Positions 35,720 to 50,300 of a DNA stretch of 64,000 nucleotides are shown in pieces. Within the stretch, counting starts at the first letter, position 1; the number at the start of each line of letters is the position of its first letter. The notes beneath the pieces were generated by a model that worked only from the letters and a program-made list of their open reading frames with translations, was not told the origin of the DNA and did not search any database. The translations under genes and the position numbers were made by a program. The stretch is from Mytilus trossulus (lineage: Eukaryota). The DNA is taken from contig NC_086380.1 in assembly GCF_036588685.1 (NCBI RefSeq), forward strand, positions 4,898,001 through 4,962,000. The letters are read 5' to 3'.

Positions 35720-38380
35720 TATATATGTAAATCAGCTTTAGTTTCAGTTTACATTTCCCATGCATGATTTGAAAGCACATCCTTTACATTGTATAGACTC
35801 ATTAATTAATTCAAAAGAATCAGAACATCAAAGATGTCATGCAACCTCTCATTATTAATGTAACTTGTTTTATTTTGTACAATTAAAAATAAAAACATCA
35901 TGATAGATGTGTATTTGTAAAGTGAAGTCTTGTAATTGTTTCTTTTTATATTTTGTACAAAGAATAATGCAAAATATGATTCTGATATTTAGAGAAGTAT
36001 CAAATGTATTTCTGTTTCTACTTGTGGTATTGCAGAACATAAAAGCACAAAAATACCGAACCGAACTCTTTGGAAAATGCAAATCGGAAATTCCCTTATC
36101 ATAAGTCAAAATCAAAGTCTCAAACACATCAAACAAACGGAAAACAATTGTCATATTCCAGACTTGTTACAGGCATTTCTCTATGTAGAAAATAGCGGCA
36201 AACAATTGGATATTTGGAAAATAACACTAATAAGACTAAATTAGGAAAAACAGATCTCGACATAAAAAACGCTTGATTAATACATGCTCTAAAAAGTACA
36301 ATGAACGATAAAAAAAAAAATACGTGTTGAAGATCAAGCCTTATAGTGGTACGTTCGTTCTGGCTCTACGGATGCATTATAACATGCAGTCCAGAACTGT
36401 CAGAATGGGGAAGCTTTGTGGATACCAGGAGGTAGGCTCTAAAACAACCTCGTAAAAGCTCCTTGATGGGTCTATATTTTACCTGTTGCGAGGCAAATTG
36501 TCTGCGCTAACACCATAATTTCGTAATTCTACTTAGGCTAAAGTAACGGTTCCAATGACAATGAAAACAGATAATTACCTAGAAAAGTTGAATACTTTAA
36601 ATATATATTCTTTTATAGTTTTGCTTGAATTCAAAATTATATCATATAATTCGCACTCTGAAAGATAGACTTAAATGATAGTTATTGTTCTACTTGAAAA
36701 ATCAAAAAGAAATATGAAGTATTAAAAAATGTTGGAAGCTCACGAAGCATCCAATACATGTTATGCCAATTTAAATTCAACTATGGATTTTCATATATCA
36801 CAGAAAGATAGCTAGATATATCTCTCTTATCGACATAATGTTTTCCCCGTTCTATTTCAATTCTTTTATGGCATAATAAGTGTCTAAAATCGGGTACGGT
36901 TTTGGAAATCGACGTTTGTCCGTCCGTCTGTCCCGCTTCAGGTAAAAGTTTTTGGTCAAGGTAACTTTTGATGAAGTGGAAGTCCAATTTACTTGAAACT
37001 TAGTACACATGTTTTCTATGATATGGTCTTTCTAATTATATATGTAAATCAGCTTTAGTTTCAGTTTACATTTCCCATGCATGATTTGAAAGCACATCCT
37101 TTAAATTGTAAAGACTCATTAATTAATTCAAAAGAATCAGAACATCAAAGATGTCATGCAACCTCTCATTATTAATGTACTTACTTGTTTTATTTTGTAC
37201 AATTAAAGAAAAACAGTATGCAAAATATTAATTTGTAATGGAATTCTGAAATTCGTTCCTTTTGTTATTTTGTACTAAGAATATTGCACACAATTTTTAT
37301 CTGTAAAGAGAAATATTAAATGTTTTCCTGTTTCTACTTGATATATTGCAAAAAGTAAAAACACAAAAATACCGAACCGAACTCTTTGGAAATGCAAATC
37401 GGAAATTTCCTTATCAAATGTCAAAATCAAAGGCTCATTTTTTTGGCAAACACCAAGACTAACCAGTACAAGAACTCTATCTTTGTGCGCCCTGTGGTAG
37501 ATGGGAACCATCTAGAGGATTTGGTAGTGTGCGTCACTACAACCGTGGAGTTTAAATCAGACCAACCCGTCACACAATAGCCGAAAGGATTTCTGTGACG
37601 TACCCATCCATATACAGAAGTGGGAAATACAGATACAGAACACATCAAACAAACGGAAAACAATTGTCATATTCCAGACTTGTTACATGCATTTCCCTAT
37701 GAAGAAAATAGCGGCAAACAGATGGATATTTGGAAAAAAAACCCACTAACACTAAATTAGGACAAACAGACCTCGACATACAAAAGGCTTGATTAATACA
37801 TGCACTAAAAAGTTCAACGAACGAAAAAAAAAACGTGTTGAAGACCAAGCCTTATAGCAGTCCGTTCTGACTCTACGGATGCATTATAACATGCAGTCCA
37901 GAACTGTCAGAATGGGGATGCTGTGCATGTGAGATACTAGGAGGTATGTAAACGCTACATGCACTCTATATAATATACATGTATGTACTCTAAAACAACC
38001 TCTCAAAGGCTCCTTGTTGGTCTGTTTTTTACCTGTTGCAATTCAAATTGTCTGCGCAAACACCATGATTTCGTAATTCTACTTTGACTAAATTAAAGGT
38101 TCCAAAGACAATGAAAACATATAACCACATAAAATTGTTGAATACTTTAAATATATAATCTTTTATAGTGTTGCTAGAATTATGAATTATATCATAATTC
38201 GTATTCTGAAAGATAGACTGTACGATAGTTATTGTTCTACTTGAAATTTAAGAAATGAAGTATATAAAAATGTTTATGGACAACGATAACGAAGCATCTG
38301 CTACGGCCCTGTTTTATGACATTTAAAAAAAAATCAACGATGGATTTTCATTAATCGCCGTAAGATAGCAATATATGTTT
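35720..38380. repeat. Diverged ~1.3-kb tandem duplication
   Basis: TATATGTAAATCAGCTTTAGTTTCAG... starts at ~35722 and ~37019 and stays colinear for over 1 kb. Confidence 0.85.
37438..37638 (+). mobile_element. 5'-truncated LINE 3' end
   Basis: Absent from the other duplicate copy. Encodes KTNQYKNSIFVRPVVDGNHLEDLVV...EFK (compare the non-LTR ORF2 C-terminal motif SFFPRT..DWN.LP) and ends in a TACAGATACAGA tail. Confidence 0.7.
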
Positions 38381-40377
38381 GTTAAAAAAGGTTTGTATTG
38401 CAATTCTTACATGGCCAAGTAAGTGTGAAAAATCGGGTACGGTTACAGAAAACAACGTTTTTGTTGGTTTTTTCAACCATTCGCGAACTTTGTCGATTTT
38501 CACCAAGCTGTTTAAATCCCGTCAGCTACTAACATCTGCCAACTATGAATTTCCAGGAGCCTCACCTGGTTTACTATTATATATTGAATATAAATATGAA
38601 ACTCTTCGAATCTTTTTCAAGGATAATACTGTTCATGTTTCACAAACACGGAAATCATACATTTTTTTCTAGGTTTGGAAAATCCACCACCGCGGTCACT
38701 CAAGGTTCGTTAACGATACAAAACGTCAGTTGTTGTTTTTACGTGGTATTGGTAAAAGGAAATTAATATTTTTTCTTCTACTAATAAGTGTCAGTATTCG
38801 TTACCATCAATACAGACAAAAAAAATCTGGAAAACCTGATTTGCCGTGTTAATCAATATATAGATCATCATGATTGTCTCGGTTTCCTTCTTTTGTGTAG
38901 ATAATCTGTCTAAGCTAGATCGACAAATGAACTCACTGTTCTTATTTGAAACATTGTGTTTTATATACGCTTAATTTTAATATATGAGATACCGAAGATA
39001 TAAATAAAAAATCAACATATTCATAAAGCGACTAGGATTACTGAAAAAATATTATGAAATTATACATCGTGTTTAATGAAAGAAATCATGCAATAAAAGT
39101 ACAACTTTAGAATTAGAATGAGTAGAAAATTGATATTATTTCGTCTAAAATAAATTTTAAAATCCAAGCGTTCTTTTAATGTAAAGTCAGTGTAATCAAT
39201 ATATCTTCTTTCGAACAAAAGATATAATTATTACTTATTTGAATCATGCAGCTTTAGAGTTGTCAGAAAAGTGAGATACGCCAAACATTAGGCAAGCTTG
39301 TTTCGCGGAGTACAAATTATATATTTCGACAATGTTAAATTGTATTTCAAACTGCCACTAAATTTTGACGCTTCAACATCTCATGCTAAAAAGTTGCCCT
39401 TTTCCCATTGGCAATCATACCACATCTTCTTTTTTTATATTTAATATGAAATCGATACTGGTTGTCGTCAACGAGGACCTCTAAGAAGACACATGCATGA
39501 ACTGTTGCCATGCCTATTCCTGCATATACTTTTATTTATTGATATCGAAGTGCCAGTGTTATAAAGGGTTAATAAACATGTGGTTTGGTTCCAACTGTCC
39601 CTTTACTGTTCTCATCCCGTCTTTTCTATTCATATAAAAAAGGGACAAAAGATACCAGAGACAAACTCATAGATTAAAAATTAACTGACAACACCATTGC
39701 TAAAAATAAAAAGACAAACAGACAAATAAAACTTTAGTAGAGAAGACACATCTTAGAAAACTTAAGACTAAGTAGCACGAACCCCACTAAAAAATGGGGG
39801 TGGTCTCATGTGCTTCGGAAGGGTAAACAGATCCTGCTCCACATGTGGTACCCGTCGTGTAACTTATAATGTATTACACATACGTAAATAGTATAACTTA
39901 TAAGAACAAACTGATCATTGTTGATTGATTACTCAATGATTCTATAACTGCCAGTGGTAAATATTACTTTTAAGGACAAATAAAATATAATTAATCTTAT
40001 AGTAGGCTTTGCAAATTAGGTTAACCAACTCTAATGGAGTTCAGATAAGTTGAAATTCTGCTTCGAAATAAAGAGTATGTTTGATAGAAGTCAAAGTTTT
40101 GTCTTTCGAAAGGCCTTCTAAGAAATCCCCAAAAAATGTCCCAAGCGTTGTTTCTTAGCGTGTAGAGAAACTAGTTCTTTTGCAAAAAGTGACTTCCAGT
40201 TCCGAAAAATCTTGGTTTGTGTATGTTCCGTGCCGGTGTAGGTTTAAATACAATGAACAATAAAAATATTCCAAAAGAATCATAATCGAATGTTTAATAT
40301 TTTTTATTGCAAATTATCTTCTTTTTTTTTTATTAGGAACAAATGTTACAGACAATTGTATTTTTTTTCAAACCCGT

Positions 40378-40436
40378 CTATGGCATGGTATTGGTTGCAA
40401 AAATATCAAATTTTTGCAACCAATACCATGCCATAG
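40378..40436. other. Perfect 27-bp hairpin with a 5-nt loop
   Basis: CTATGGCATGGTATTGGTTGCAAAAAT-atcaa-ATTTTTGCAACCAATACCATGCCATAG. Confidence 0.9.
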
Positions 40437-42851
40437 TCTTGACCATTTATACATTACATTCATTAATTTAGTCTTATTACATTGATTTTCCTAATTATTA
40501 GATTATTTCAACATTATTTTTTTGCAAAAATACCATAATCAAATTTGCATTGTTAACAAGAACACCAACTAAATATGAAGTCATACGAAATAATAACAAT
40601 GTATAAATCATACACTGACAATAATATGATTTGGAAAATCCACTAATGATTTTGTAACAATATTCATTTTCATTTACATTGGCGCCGTGACAACAAACAA
40701 ATTACTATCATGGTAATGTATATACTAGCCTTGTTTTATAGACTATTGACCTCCGATCAGGACACCATTTATTACTGACCAAAGGTGCTAATTACTTTGT
40801 CAGGACATTTTGATATTTGACTAATGTCATATTAAATGTTTCATTATCGTGCATGACTTGATAACAATGAACCACAACCTTTAAGATCAAGTGTTCAATT
40901 TTATCTAGTACATTTTTTTTCTTTTTTCGGAAAAAAATAGTTTATATACTAGTAACTAGATTCAATAAAGCTGACTAAATGGTTATATTTAATGCTTCAT
41001 TTTTATCGTGCATGACTTATATGAAGAATAACCCTTAATATTTCTTAGGTTGTTTAATTTTATTCGGTATGGATTGCTTAAAATAGATATAGAAAGATGT
41101 GGTGTGAGTGCCAATGAGACAACTCTCCATCCAAATAACAATTTAAAAGTAAATGTCTTTCTCAAGTAAAAGAAGTTTAAGAAATGTTCAATTTATAAAC
41201 AAGGGGATGCTTGTGGTATGATTGCTATATGGAGACTTATTCATAAAGATATCAAATGATGTGTATGTAAATATGTATATATAAACTAAAGGTCATCACA
41301 TGGCCTTCAACCATGGGCAAAACCCATACTACATAGTTAATTATATAAGGCGGGATTTTTACATATCTTTTTTATGTTGTTATTGCAACAAGCACCTACA
41401 AGCGTAAGATGTAATGAAAACGCAACCACTGACGAGGTTCGTATTGATGGTCGGGGACGGGTCTGTCCGTTTAAAGTATGCTATACATATTATGATTAAG
41501 AACATTCAAGTTTTAAAATTAAGTAAGTTAAAAACCAGTTCTTGTACGCAATTTCCAATATCTTTAAAGCACAACTACTGTACTATGTACACTTTAAAAA
41601 AATATATAAAAAAATGAAAGAATAAAAATGGTGGAATAGAAAAAAATATCAAAGTAATTAACTTAATTGTCTGAAGACGCTTAAATGAAGGAAAACAATA
41701 TGCCAGTAATGTACAGGTGTCAGTTAAAATAAAACAAAGAAAAAAGATAGAATAATCGAGGGATTTGAAGAAATCCAATTTCTCGAAATACAAATGAAAG
41801 GCCGCTCGGAATCTTGCTATAACAATATTTGATTCATTAACTTTTGCTAATTATGAATCCCTTAGCGTAATTTTATGTTTTCTTTGATCATTTGACCAAA
41901 CAACGCAACCCTGCTGATATAAAGACTCGGGTATAGGTTTTATTCGAATTACTAAAAATATTCAACATTAAACCATTTAGATTGTGAGCATTCGTCTTTC
42001 GGCAAAGTTTTTGAAGTTTTGATATTTACAGGACATATTCACATCATAGTATTTTAATAGGTGGTCTGTATATTCGTCTTCCACCCTTGTACGTGTTTTA
42101 GGCACTGTCATATCAGTTTAGGTGACACTCTAGCATCAAGATTTTATTAATTTATGATTAATTATTATAATAGTTATCACCTATAACTGATGGATTTACC
42201 GTTATGTCTTAATAATGGAAAGTCTGTTCTGTTCGCGGAATTCCCAGGTCCTTTGATATGATAATTCTCCCAGCCTAATTACACACACGACTTATTATTA
42301 TCTGACATCTTTGCTAGTATTAGAATACCATCGGATGGTTTATTGCTATAGAGGAACCAATTAAGACTAGCGTATTTCGACATTGCAGTGGAAGAGGTTG
42401 TATTGAGTTTTGAAACTAGTTTGAAAAGATCAAATTAGAATCGCTATAGAAGTAGAAGCTATAGTAATGTTTGACATGCAAACAATACAGGCTGAAAAAT
42501 GTCTTTTAACCTTAATTAGCATGCATGAAAGAATTCAGTAGCATTGAATATTGATATCACGACGAAAAGAATCCGGATATAGTACTACAATATTTTGCAA
42601 TCGAATGATGTTTTTTGTTTCTGATCATAACGAAAACATTTATACTTAGACTGAACCCAAAGTCATCACTGTTTCGGATCCAATTTTATGTGATGGACCA
42701 AAAGGGGGGTGTGGTGTGTCATTCAGAACTAGGAATTATAGGACCTTATTTTAACACAAATTTGATGTCTTAAACCTTTGTTACATATTTTTTTATGGAA
42801 CTCTAGCATGTAAATCCCCTCACCCCACCCCGCCTATATTCACACCTGCAT

Positions 42852-42993
42852 CTGGGGTTGAAGTCATAAAACTTTGCTCAGTGCTCGGAGCACAAAAATC
42901 ATGCTCGAAACATGAAATCCAGTATTTTGATTGGTTGAATCTCGAGTCTGAGTACAAAAATCGTGCTCGAAAGTTTTATGACCGCAAGGCCAG
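42852..42993. mobile_element. Small MITE
   Basis: Imperfect TIRs CTGG...GTCATAAAACTTT / AAAGTTTTATGAC...CCAG. Confidence 0.6.
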
Positions 42994-44560
42994 CTCGGGG
43001 CTTTTTGGCGCGTGTTGCTGTCATCATTGTAAGATTTTTTTCTCTTGTTGGATGTCATAGGTGTTCTATAACTGCTAACATCCTAATCTTTAAGTATCTG
43101 ACAGAAAGTAGTAGTTATCCAATTGACAGTTTAACTTTTATATGCAAAATTCAAAGATGAAACAAATTAAGCCTTTAATCATATTGGAACGAAATCTGTT
43201 CAAATAAACAACTTTTTATAACAACTAATTGGTATGGGTTAAAGTATTTTTCGTTTCAAAAATTTAGAACAATTTGAAGAATAGATGTTGAAAGGTAAAA
43301 TAGTACAAACAGATTTTTGTAAAGGCAAGCTGTATAGTCCCTCCGGTAAATTATCATTAGCTTTAATGGGAAAACGTTTAAACTGAAATGATTATTACTT
43401 GAAGATTCATTTCAATTCCTGACAAAATATTTTCGATTAATTTGAAAAAAAGTGTATTCGCAGGAGTTAATATGCAAAATAAATGGTTGTTCCCCGATGA
43501 CTAAATTTCATCTTTTATTATTTGTTTTGTAACATGATAACGTATAGTGCAAATTAACATTTTATTCTTTAATTAGAAGATCATTTATTCCCTGTTAAAA
43601 TAGTTATTAAAATCAAATAAAACTATCACTCGTAATGGAGCGGAAAATAACAACCAACCATATGCTTTGTCGGTAGCGTGCTGATGTTCTTCGAGTGATT
43701 GGCTCATATTAGCATTAATACCTTAAATCAATGCGAGGCGACACTAAAAAAGTAAATCTTTTATTTTTTATGTTTCCCTGTATAAATTCTTATGAGAAAA
43801 AAGTAATTATTCGAAAATGAAGTTAAATTAAGATGTCATTGATAACCATGGATCAGATCCCTGTAGAGTCATTACTGACCTTAGGTGGAAAATCATGAAA
43901 AAGCTGTCGGAAAACGCGGTTATGATTCTGATTTGTAATTAGATAACAGCGTTTCAACTGGAAACCAGCTTAGTTAAAAAAGTAAATTGGAGTTTATTGT
44001 TAACTTCTTATAATTCCCTAAATATCTATTAAATGAAAATTAGGACGTAAATTTTGATTTGGTTCATTTTTTCGTACCCCCTTTTCTATTAATTTAGTTA
44101 TCAGAGTAAATTGTTCATTTTGCAAAAATAACGTGAAGATCATGTGACAAGCCTCACGCGTGTTGGGTGTTATCTTTATTTGAGCAACCACCACTATGTT
44201 AGTTAAACAAACATTTAAGCACAAATTCATAAAATGTACGCTTGCTACCATGTCAAAAAGTCAAACTGAGGCAAATTTTGGCATCAGATGTAAGAATTTT
44301 GAAACCCTTATACAAAATTAAAGATAATTTTACGAAAGTTTTATAGCTATATACAGTACTTTACATTATTTTCAGCAAGTATGCAAAATGGTTAACACAT
44401 ACCTATGACTCTTCTAACAAAGTTATATATTTTTTTAATTTCCCGATAATTACACTGTTGTTCCTTAACACAATTTGACAGTCAGTTTATTTGAAACAAG
44501 TTGTAACAGGGCAAAGTCAGAAATCCGGATTTAAAAAAAATCAGATTGAAAGATACCCAT

Positions 44561-44830
44561 AGATTATCATTGGTCATCTCAACGAGATTGATTTTCTCGC
44601 TTGAGCTGGTACAGCGAAAGTGAGAAAAGCAATCGAGTTGAGATGACCAATGATAATCTGTTTATCGCTATTTTACCTATGACAACGTTGTCAATTTCAA
44701 TGTCAATTTCGTTAGCAATGCACGTGCCTGCTTAGTTTCTAGCGATATTTTTTTCATCTCAGACAAGAAGCATGATATGAAAATTATCACAAAAAAAGAT
44801 CAAAAGAAAAATGCGCAAAATAGCGATAAT
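44561..44830. mobile_element. Non-autonomous element: 99-bp hairpin plus IR-bounded segment
   Basis: Palindrome at 44561-44659, then TTATCGCTATTTT ... AAAATAGCGATAA. Confidence 0.6.
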
Positions 44831-45599
44831 GTTACATATTTATTGTTCGATTGCATATATTTACCCTTGCTGTACTTTTCACCACGCTTTTCGTAAAGAA
44901 ATTAAAAGATCTTACATGCATCTTGTCATTGGTTGACCAAATTATGCTACAGAGCTAGATAAATAAACACAAAATTAAATAAAAATGTAACCAAAAATTA
45001 CAGCACTCAAATCAACTACGTATTCACTTACCAACAAAATACAACGCTTTATCAAAAAGACATAAATAGGCAGACAATGAACAACAACACGTGGTTAGAT
45101 ATAATTCGTCATACATAATTCAAACAATAAAAGTTCATCAAATCTAGTCGAAAGTACAGACTAGTTATTCTTATCTTCAATTCTATTTTAATTTTCAATG
45201 TACGTATTTTCAAACGTTATGTACTGTATTGGTGACTATCAGGACAAAGAGCTACGTTTGTACTTGGCCAGACAATGGAACTTGAAGAAGCACAAACAGA
45301 CGTGGATATGTTGAAAAAGTACAAATTAGAGTTAGAATTAAATGATTCCAGGCAATTTGTAGTATGCCTGGATTCTGTTGTTGGTAGTGATGAAATATCT
45401 TTATATCATCTTTTTTTACGCGTTTATGTAAAAAAAAATAATAGCTGCGCAAAATCGTAAAAAACTGTAAGCACAAATACGTGCAAACTTGATGAGCCCA
45501 ATGACCATCGTTCCTTTGGCATACATGGATTAAATAATTTTGAAACTGTTAAATACGAAAACTAATAATATTGTAAAAGTAGAAATACAGAGCTGAAAC

Positions 45600-47340
45600 C
45601 TGCTATGAAAACATCCAATGCCAAGTATGTGCTTCAGGGACAAATGCAGCAATCCATGAAAAGGCTAGACGTTCTGTACAGTGACAAAAGTAACAATACA
45701 AACAATGACAGGTATGTTCGTACAGAAACAAAAGTAACAATACAAACAATGACAGGTATGTTCGTACAGAAACAAAAGTAACAATACAAACAATGACAGG
45801 TATGTTCGTACAGAAACAAAAGCATCAATACAAACAATGACAGGTATGTTCGTACAGAAACAAAAGCATCAATACAAACAATGACAGGTATGTTCGTACA
45901 GAAACAAAAGCATCAATACAAACAATGACAGGTATGTTCGTACAGAAACAAAAGCATCAATACAAACAATGACAGGTATGTTTAATTCGAACAGAAACAA
46001 AGCAACAATACATGCAATGACGGGTATGTTCATTCAGTGACAAAATGCAGCAATGCATGCAATCACAAGTGAGTTCGTTCAGGGACAAATGCAGCAATGC
46101 ATGTAATCCCAAGTCCGGAGCCTCTGGTCTTTGTTAGTCTTGTATTATTTAAATTTAGTTTATTGTGTACAATTTGGAAATTAGTATGCATTCATTATCA
46201 CTGAATTAATATATATTTATTTAGGGGTCAGCTGAAGGACGCCTCCGGGTGCGGAAATTTCTCGCTAGATTAAAGACCTATTGGTGACCTTCTGTTGTTT
46301 TTTTTCTATGGTCCGGTTGTTGTCTCTTTGACACATTCCCCATTTGCATTCTCAATTTTAATAACAAAAATGTCCTTTCAGTGACATGATGCAGCAATGC
46401 ATGCAATCACAAGTGAGTTCGTTCAGAGACAAATGCAGCAATTAATGCATGCAATAACAAGAATATCCTTTCAGTGACAAAATTCAGCAATGCATGTAAT
46501 CACAAGTAAGTTTGTTCAGAGACAAATGCAGCAATGCATGCAATAACAAGAATGTCCTTTCAGTGATAAGATGCAACAATGCATGCAATCACAAGCCGTG
46601 AGATCGTTCAGAGACAAATGCAGCAATGCATGCAATAACAAGAATGTCCTTTCAGTGATAAGATGCAACAATGCATGCAATCACAAGCCGTGAGATCGTT
46701 CAGAGACAAATGCAGCAATGCATGCAATAACAAGAATGTCCTTTCAGTGATAAGATGCAACAATGCATGCAATCACAAGCCGTGAGATCGTTCAGAGACA
46801 AATGCAGCAATGCATGCACTAATAAGAATTTCCTTTCAGTGACAAAATACAGGAATGCATGCAATCATAAGCCGTGAGTTAGTTCAGAGATAAATGCAGC
46901 AATGCATGCTATAACGAATATATACAGTAATACTCACAATCACAACTCGATCCGTTTAGTGACATATAATGTATGCAGTAATTCAATGTCGATAAGTCGA
47001 TCCGTTCAGAGATATGCAGCGATAGATACATGTACAATTACAAGTCGGTTCGTTAAGTGACATGTGCAGCAGTACATACAATAACAAGTCGATTTGTTCA
47101 TTGACATGTGCAGCAATACATGCAATGAAAAGTTGGTCCGTTCAAATACATATGGTTCCATTATACAATTATATTTGTTCACTGTATAATAATATGTACG
47201 CGGTATAACAAGACGGTCATTTCAATGACATGTGTACCAATTGATACAATGTAAAACCAGTTACGTATGTAGCACTATACATACAATGACAAGTGGACTC
47301 CTTCTGTGACATGCGCAGCTATATGCATAAATGACAAGTA
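45600..47340. repeat. ~44-bp satellite with a homogeneous 44-mer block, a 92-bp higher-order block and a degenerate tail
   Basis: 44-bp period at 45690-45980, 92-bp (44+48) period at 46517-46860, interrupted by an unrelated insertion at ~46113-46360. Confidence 0.85.
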
Positions 47341-50300
47341 GCATACACTGCTGTATTTGTCTGCCGTTCGCAGACAGCAGTTTATGCTATGATGAATCGG
47401 AGGCTACCTCCTGTAAAATATACATATTTTTTCTTGCAGCATCAAGAGAAACTTAAGATTTCCGAATTAATCGTGTCACAGTATCTACATGTACTTTTAG
47501 CAGACACCTTCTGATAAGGTCATGAAACTCTCGGGCATAGCTTTACTAATTAGCAGTTTAACACATTGATTCAGTTACATTTGCCGGAAAATATCAGGAA
47601 ATTATATCTCTGATGTTTCTATACCAGATTAATCAAGTATAATCTATAATATTTAGTGTAACTAAAGATGTATCAAAATATATGATTTGGAATACATTCA
47701 AATTGTCAATTAACATTAACACAAATTCGGATGATGCCAACTAGAAACGTGGCTTTGAATTTAAGATAAGAAATATCACTTGAGCTCAACTTACTTTTCA
47801 CGGTCCTTTGTTAATTTTTTACATTTTCCAAATTTTTGTGTTCGATTTTAATCTTGTATCTCTAAACTTTGAAATCCACCCTATTGGTACCCTTGTAACC
47901 ATTACACATTGCCGTAATAACACGACCAAGTGTAGTACTACTGAATCTTTTTATAAACATATGATACAACTGAGAATGAAAATAGGGTAAATTTCAAAGA
48001 CACAGCAACCCGACGGTAAAAAAACAGACAAAAGCCGAAGGCCACAAATGGGTTTTCAACGCAGCGAGAAAAATCCCGTAAAACTGGAAGTCTCAGCAAA
48101 ATTGTGTACTAGTTCAGTGAAAATGAATGATACCCTAAACTTCAAAACATATAAATGAACTAAAATAAAAAAAAAACTTGCAAGACTGACAAAGGCCAGA
48201 GGCTCCTGACTTGGGACAGAGTTAAACATGTTTTGTGAAATCTCTACTCTCGATTTATGTACGTGCTTCAAGACAGAGTTGGATCCGTATTAATTTGGGA
48301 TATTAAAATTCATTTGCTGGAGTATACTAAGGTCTCTGAACGCCGAAACACATACTCTCGCTGAACTGAGCGCTTGTATATGTGTGCATGTGGGGTGTAA
48401 TCAATATATGCAGCTTAGCACGTATGTGAGATTGTGGTTTGTCCAAAGACCAATAGGACGGTGTCAAAGTTTGACAGTTACGCGAAACCAACGGTATACT
48501 GCACATGCACATGTTTCTATAGATAGGAAGGTCGACTATCATATGTATTTTTACATATGGGAAGGTCGACTATCATATGTATTTTTACATATGGATAGTC
48601 GGACCTTTTCATGGATACAAGTGTCTGTGGAAAGCTTGATAGGGCCAGACATTTTGCATGGCACACAGAAAACAGGCAACATCAAAGAGTTGTGGCAAGG
48701 TTTATTCCACGTGCGTGTACAATCTAATTAAAATTAAATATCTCGCTCGCTCATTTTTTGTGCTTGGTCGATGCGTGGGAGCAAAATCAAACGACTTCAT
48801 CAATCAATAGAACGAATAGAAAACTACTGCCAAACTCGGTACAGGCATTTTCAGACGGAAACTGTAGGTTAAACCTAGTTTTAAAGCTAGATTAACGAAA
48901 TATCGCCAATTGCATGGGTTTTACTGTCGGATAATACAATTTCAGATGGCCATATCTAAACTTAAATCAACCATTAGGCTAAAAAAAATCAAAACAAACA
49001 ATTAATTCAAACAAACAACAACAATAAAACTAAAACAGTATTCGGTATTTATAAACCTGAAACTATTTAAGACCATTTAACATTGTAGGCTGATTGAAAT
49101 GTGGAGAGTTAACGTCAAATCGGCACATGACGGCTATAGATAATATAGGATAAGAACTTTATTAATCTGATCAAGAACCCATAAAGAGCAGCTATAGATA
49201 CATGTACTAAAGAACAGTTGTAAAGTATTCTAGTAGTGCATGTATCAAAAATATACTAGAAGTAATTCTATTAGAAGATACAAAAAATTTTTAAGAAAAC
49301 TCATAATTTTAAGGATCAAATACCATGAATTATAACTAGTTAAAAAGTATTCCCAATCAAAAAATACAAATCAACAAACTTAATTTCAAGGATTAAATAC
49401 CAAATAAAACAAAAGTGTACACATCATTATAGAAAATGTTCTAACATACAGAATTTGTTTTTAGAAAAGTATATATACGAATTTCTTGTCTCAAAAGACA
49501 ATATGATTGTTAAATTCAAATGATTGTTAAAAAAGCCATTATCATTTAATATCATAAAAAAACTACATTGCACGTGGTTAACAAGTGTTTTAAAAAAACC
49601 ATGTCATTTTGACATTTTAATTTCAAATATTTTTTTTTCTTGCGGTCGCCGCACGTAACTCTTAAAATAGTTTTCATATAAATATAACCAATAACCACTA
49701 TTATAAATAACATTTAAGACGGTATTTCTCACCTTATTGTTATAGTATTGATCTATATATTATTAATAATTAATATCAACCTGTTAGTATGTCTCCGGAT
49801 CGCCAACTTGGGTAGTGGCCAAAGTAATTTTATCGAACGCAATAATTCGGTTAGTCTAAGATGGTCAGTGACTTTTAACGCATTAAAACAGACAATTACA
49901 TATGATTGTGTATTCATTTCGGATTAGAAACAATATAATAAATCTACTAAGTTGTACTTAATAGGGCTATTACAATATTTAATTGTGTTTTATTTTTGGA
50001 ATCAAGTACTTGATGGTACCGTGTGGAATAATTGATCTAGATAAAAGCCAAGTAATTAACAACACTCTCACCAAATGTAGATATGAATTCGTTTTTCGAC
50101 TGATGGACTGTACTATGAATTATTAACGTGGAAACTGTCTATATTTATAAACAGAACGTTAATATTATGATAAAAAAAGGACTCTGTCTAAGGGAGCTAG
50201 GACGAAAAATTTGCTCATGGTAATTGTCATCCTGCCTTTTTTTTACTCAAAACCCTATCCTTTCTTATATTTCGTCCTACCCCCCCCCCCCCCCCCCTCA

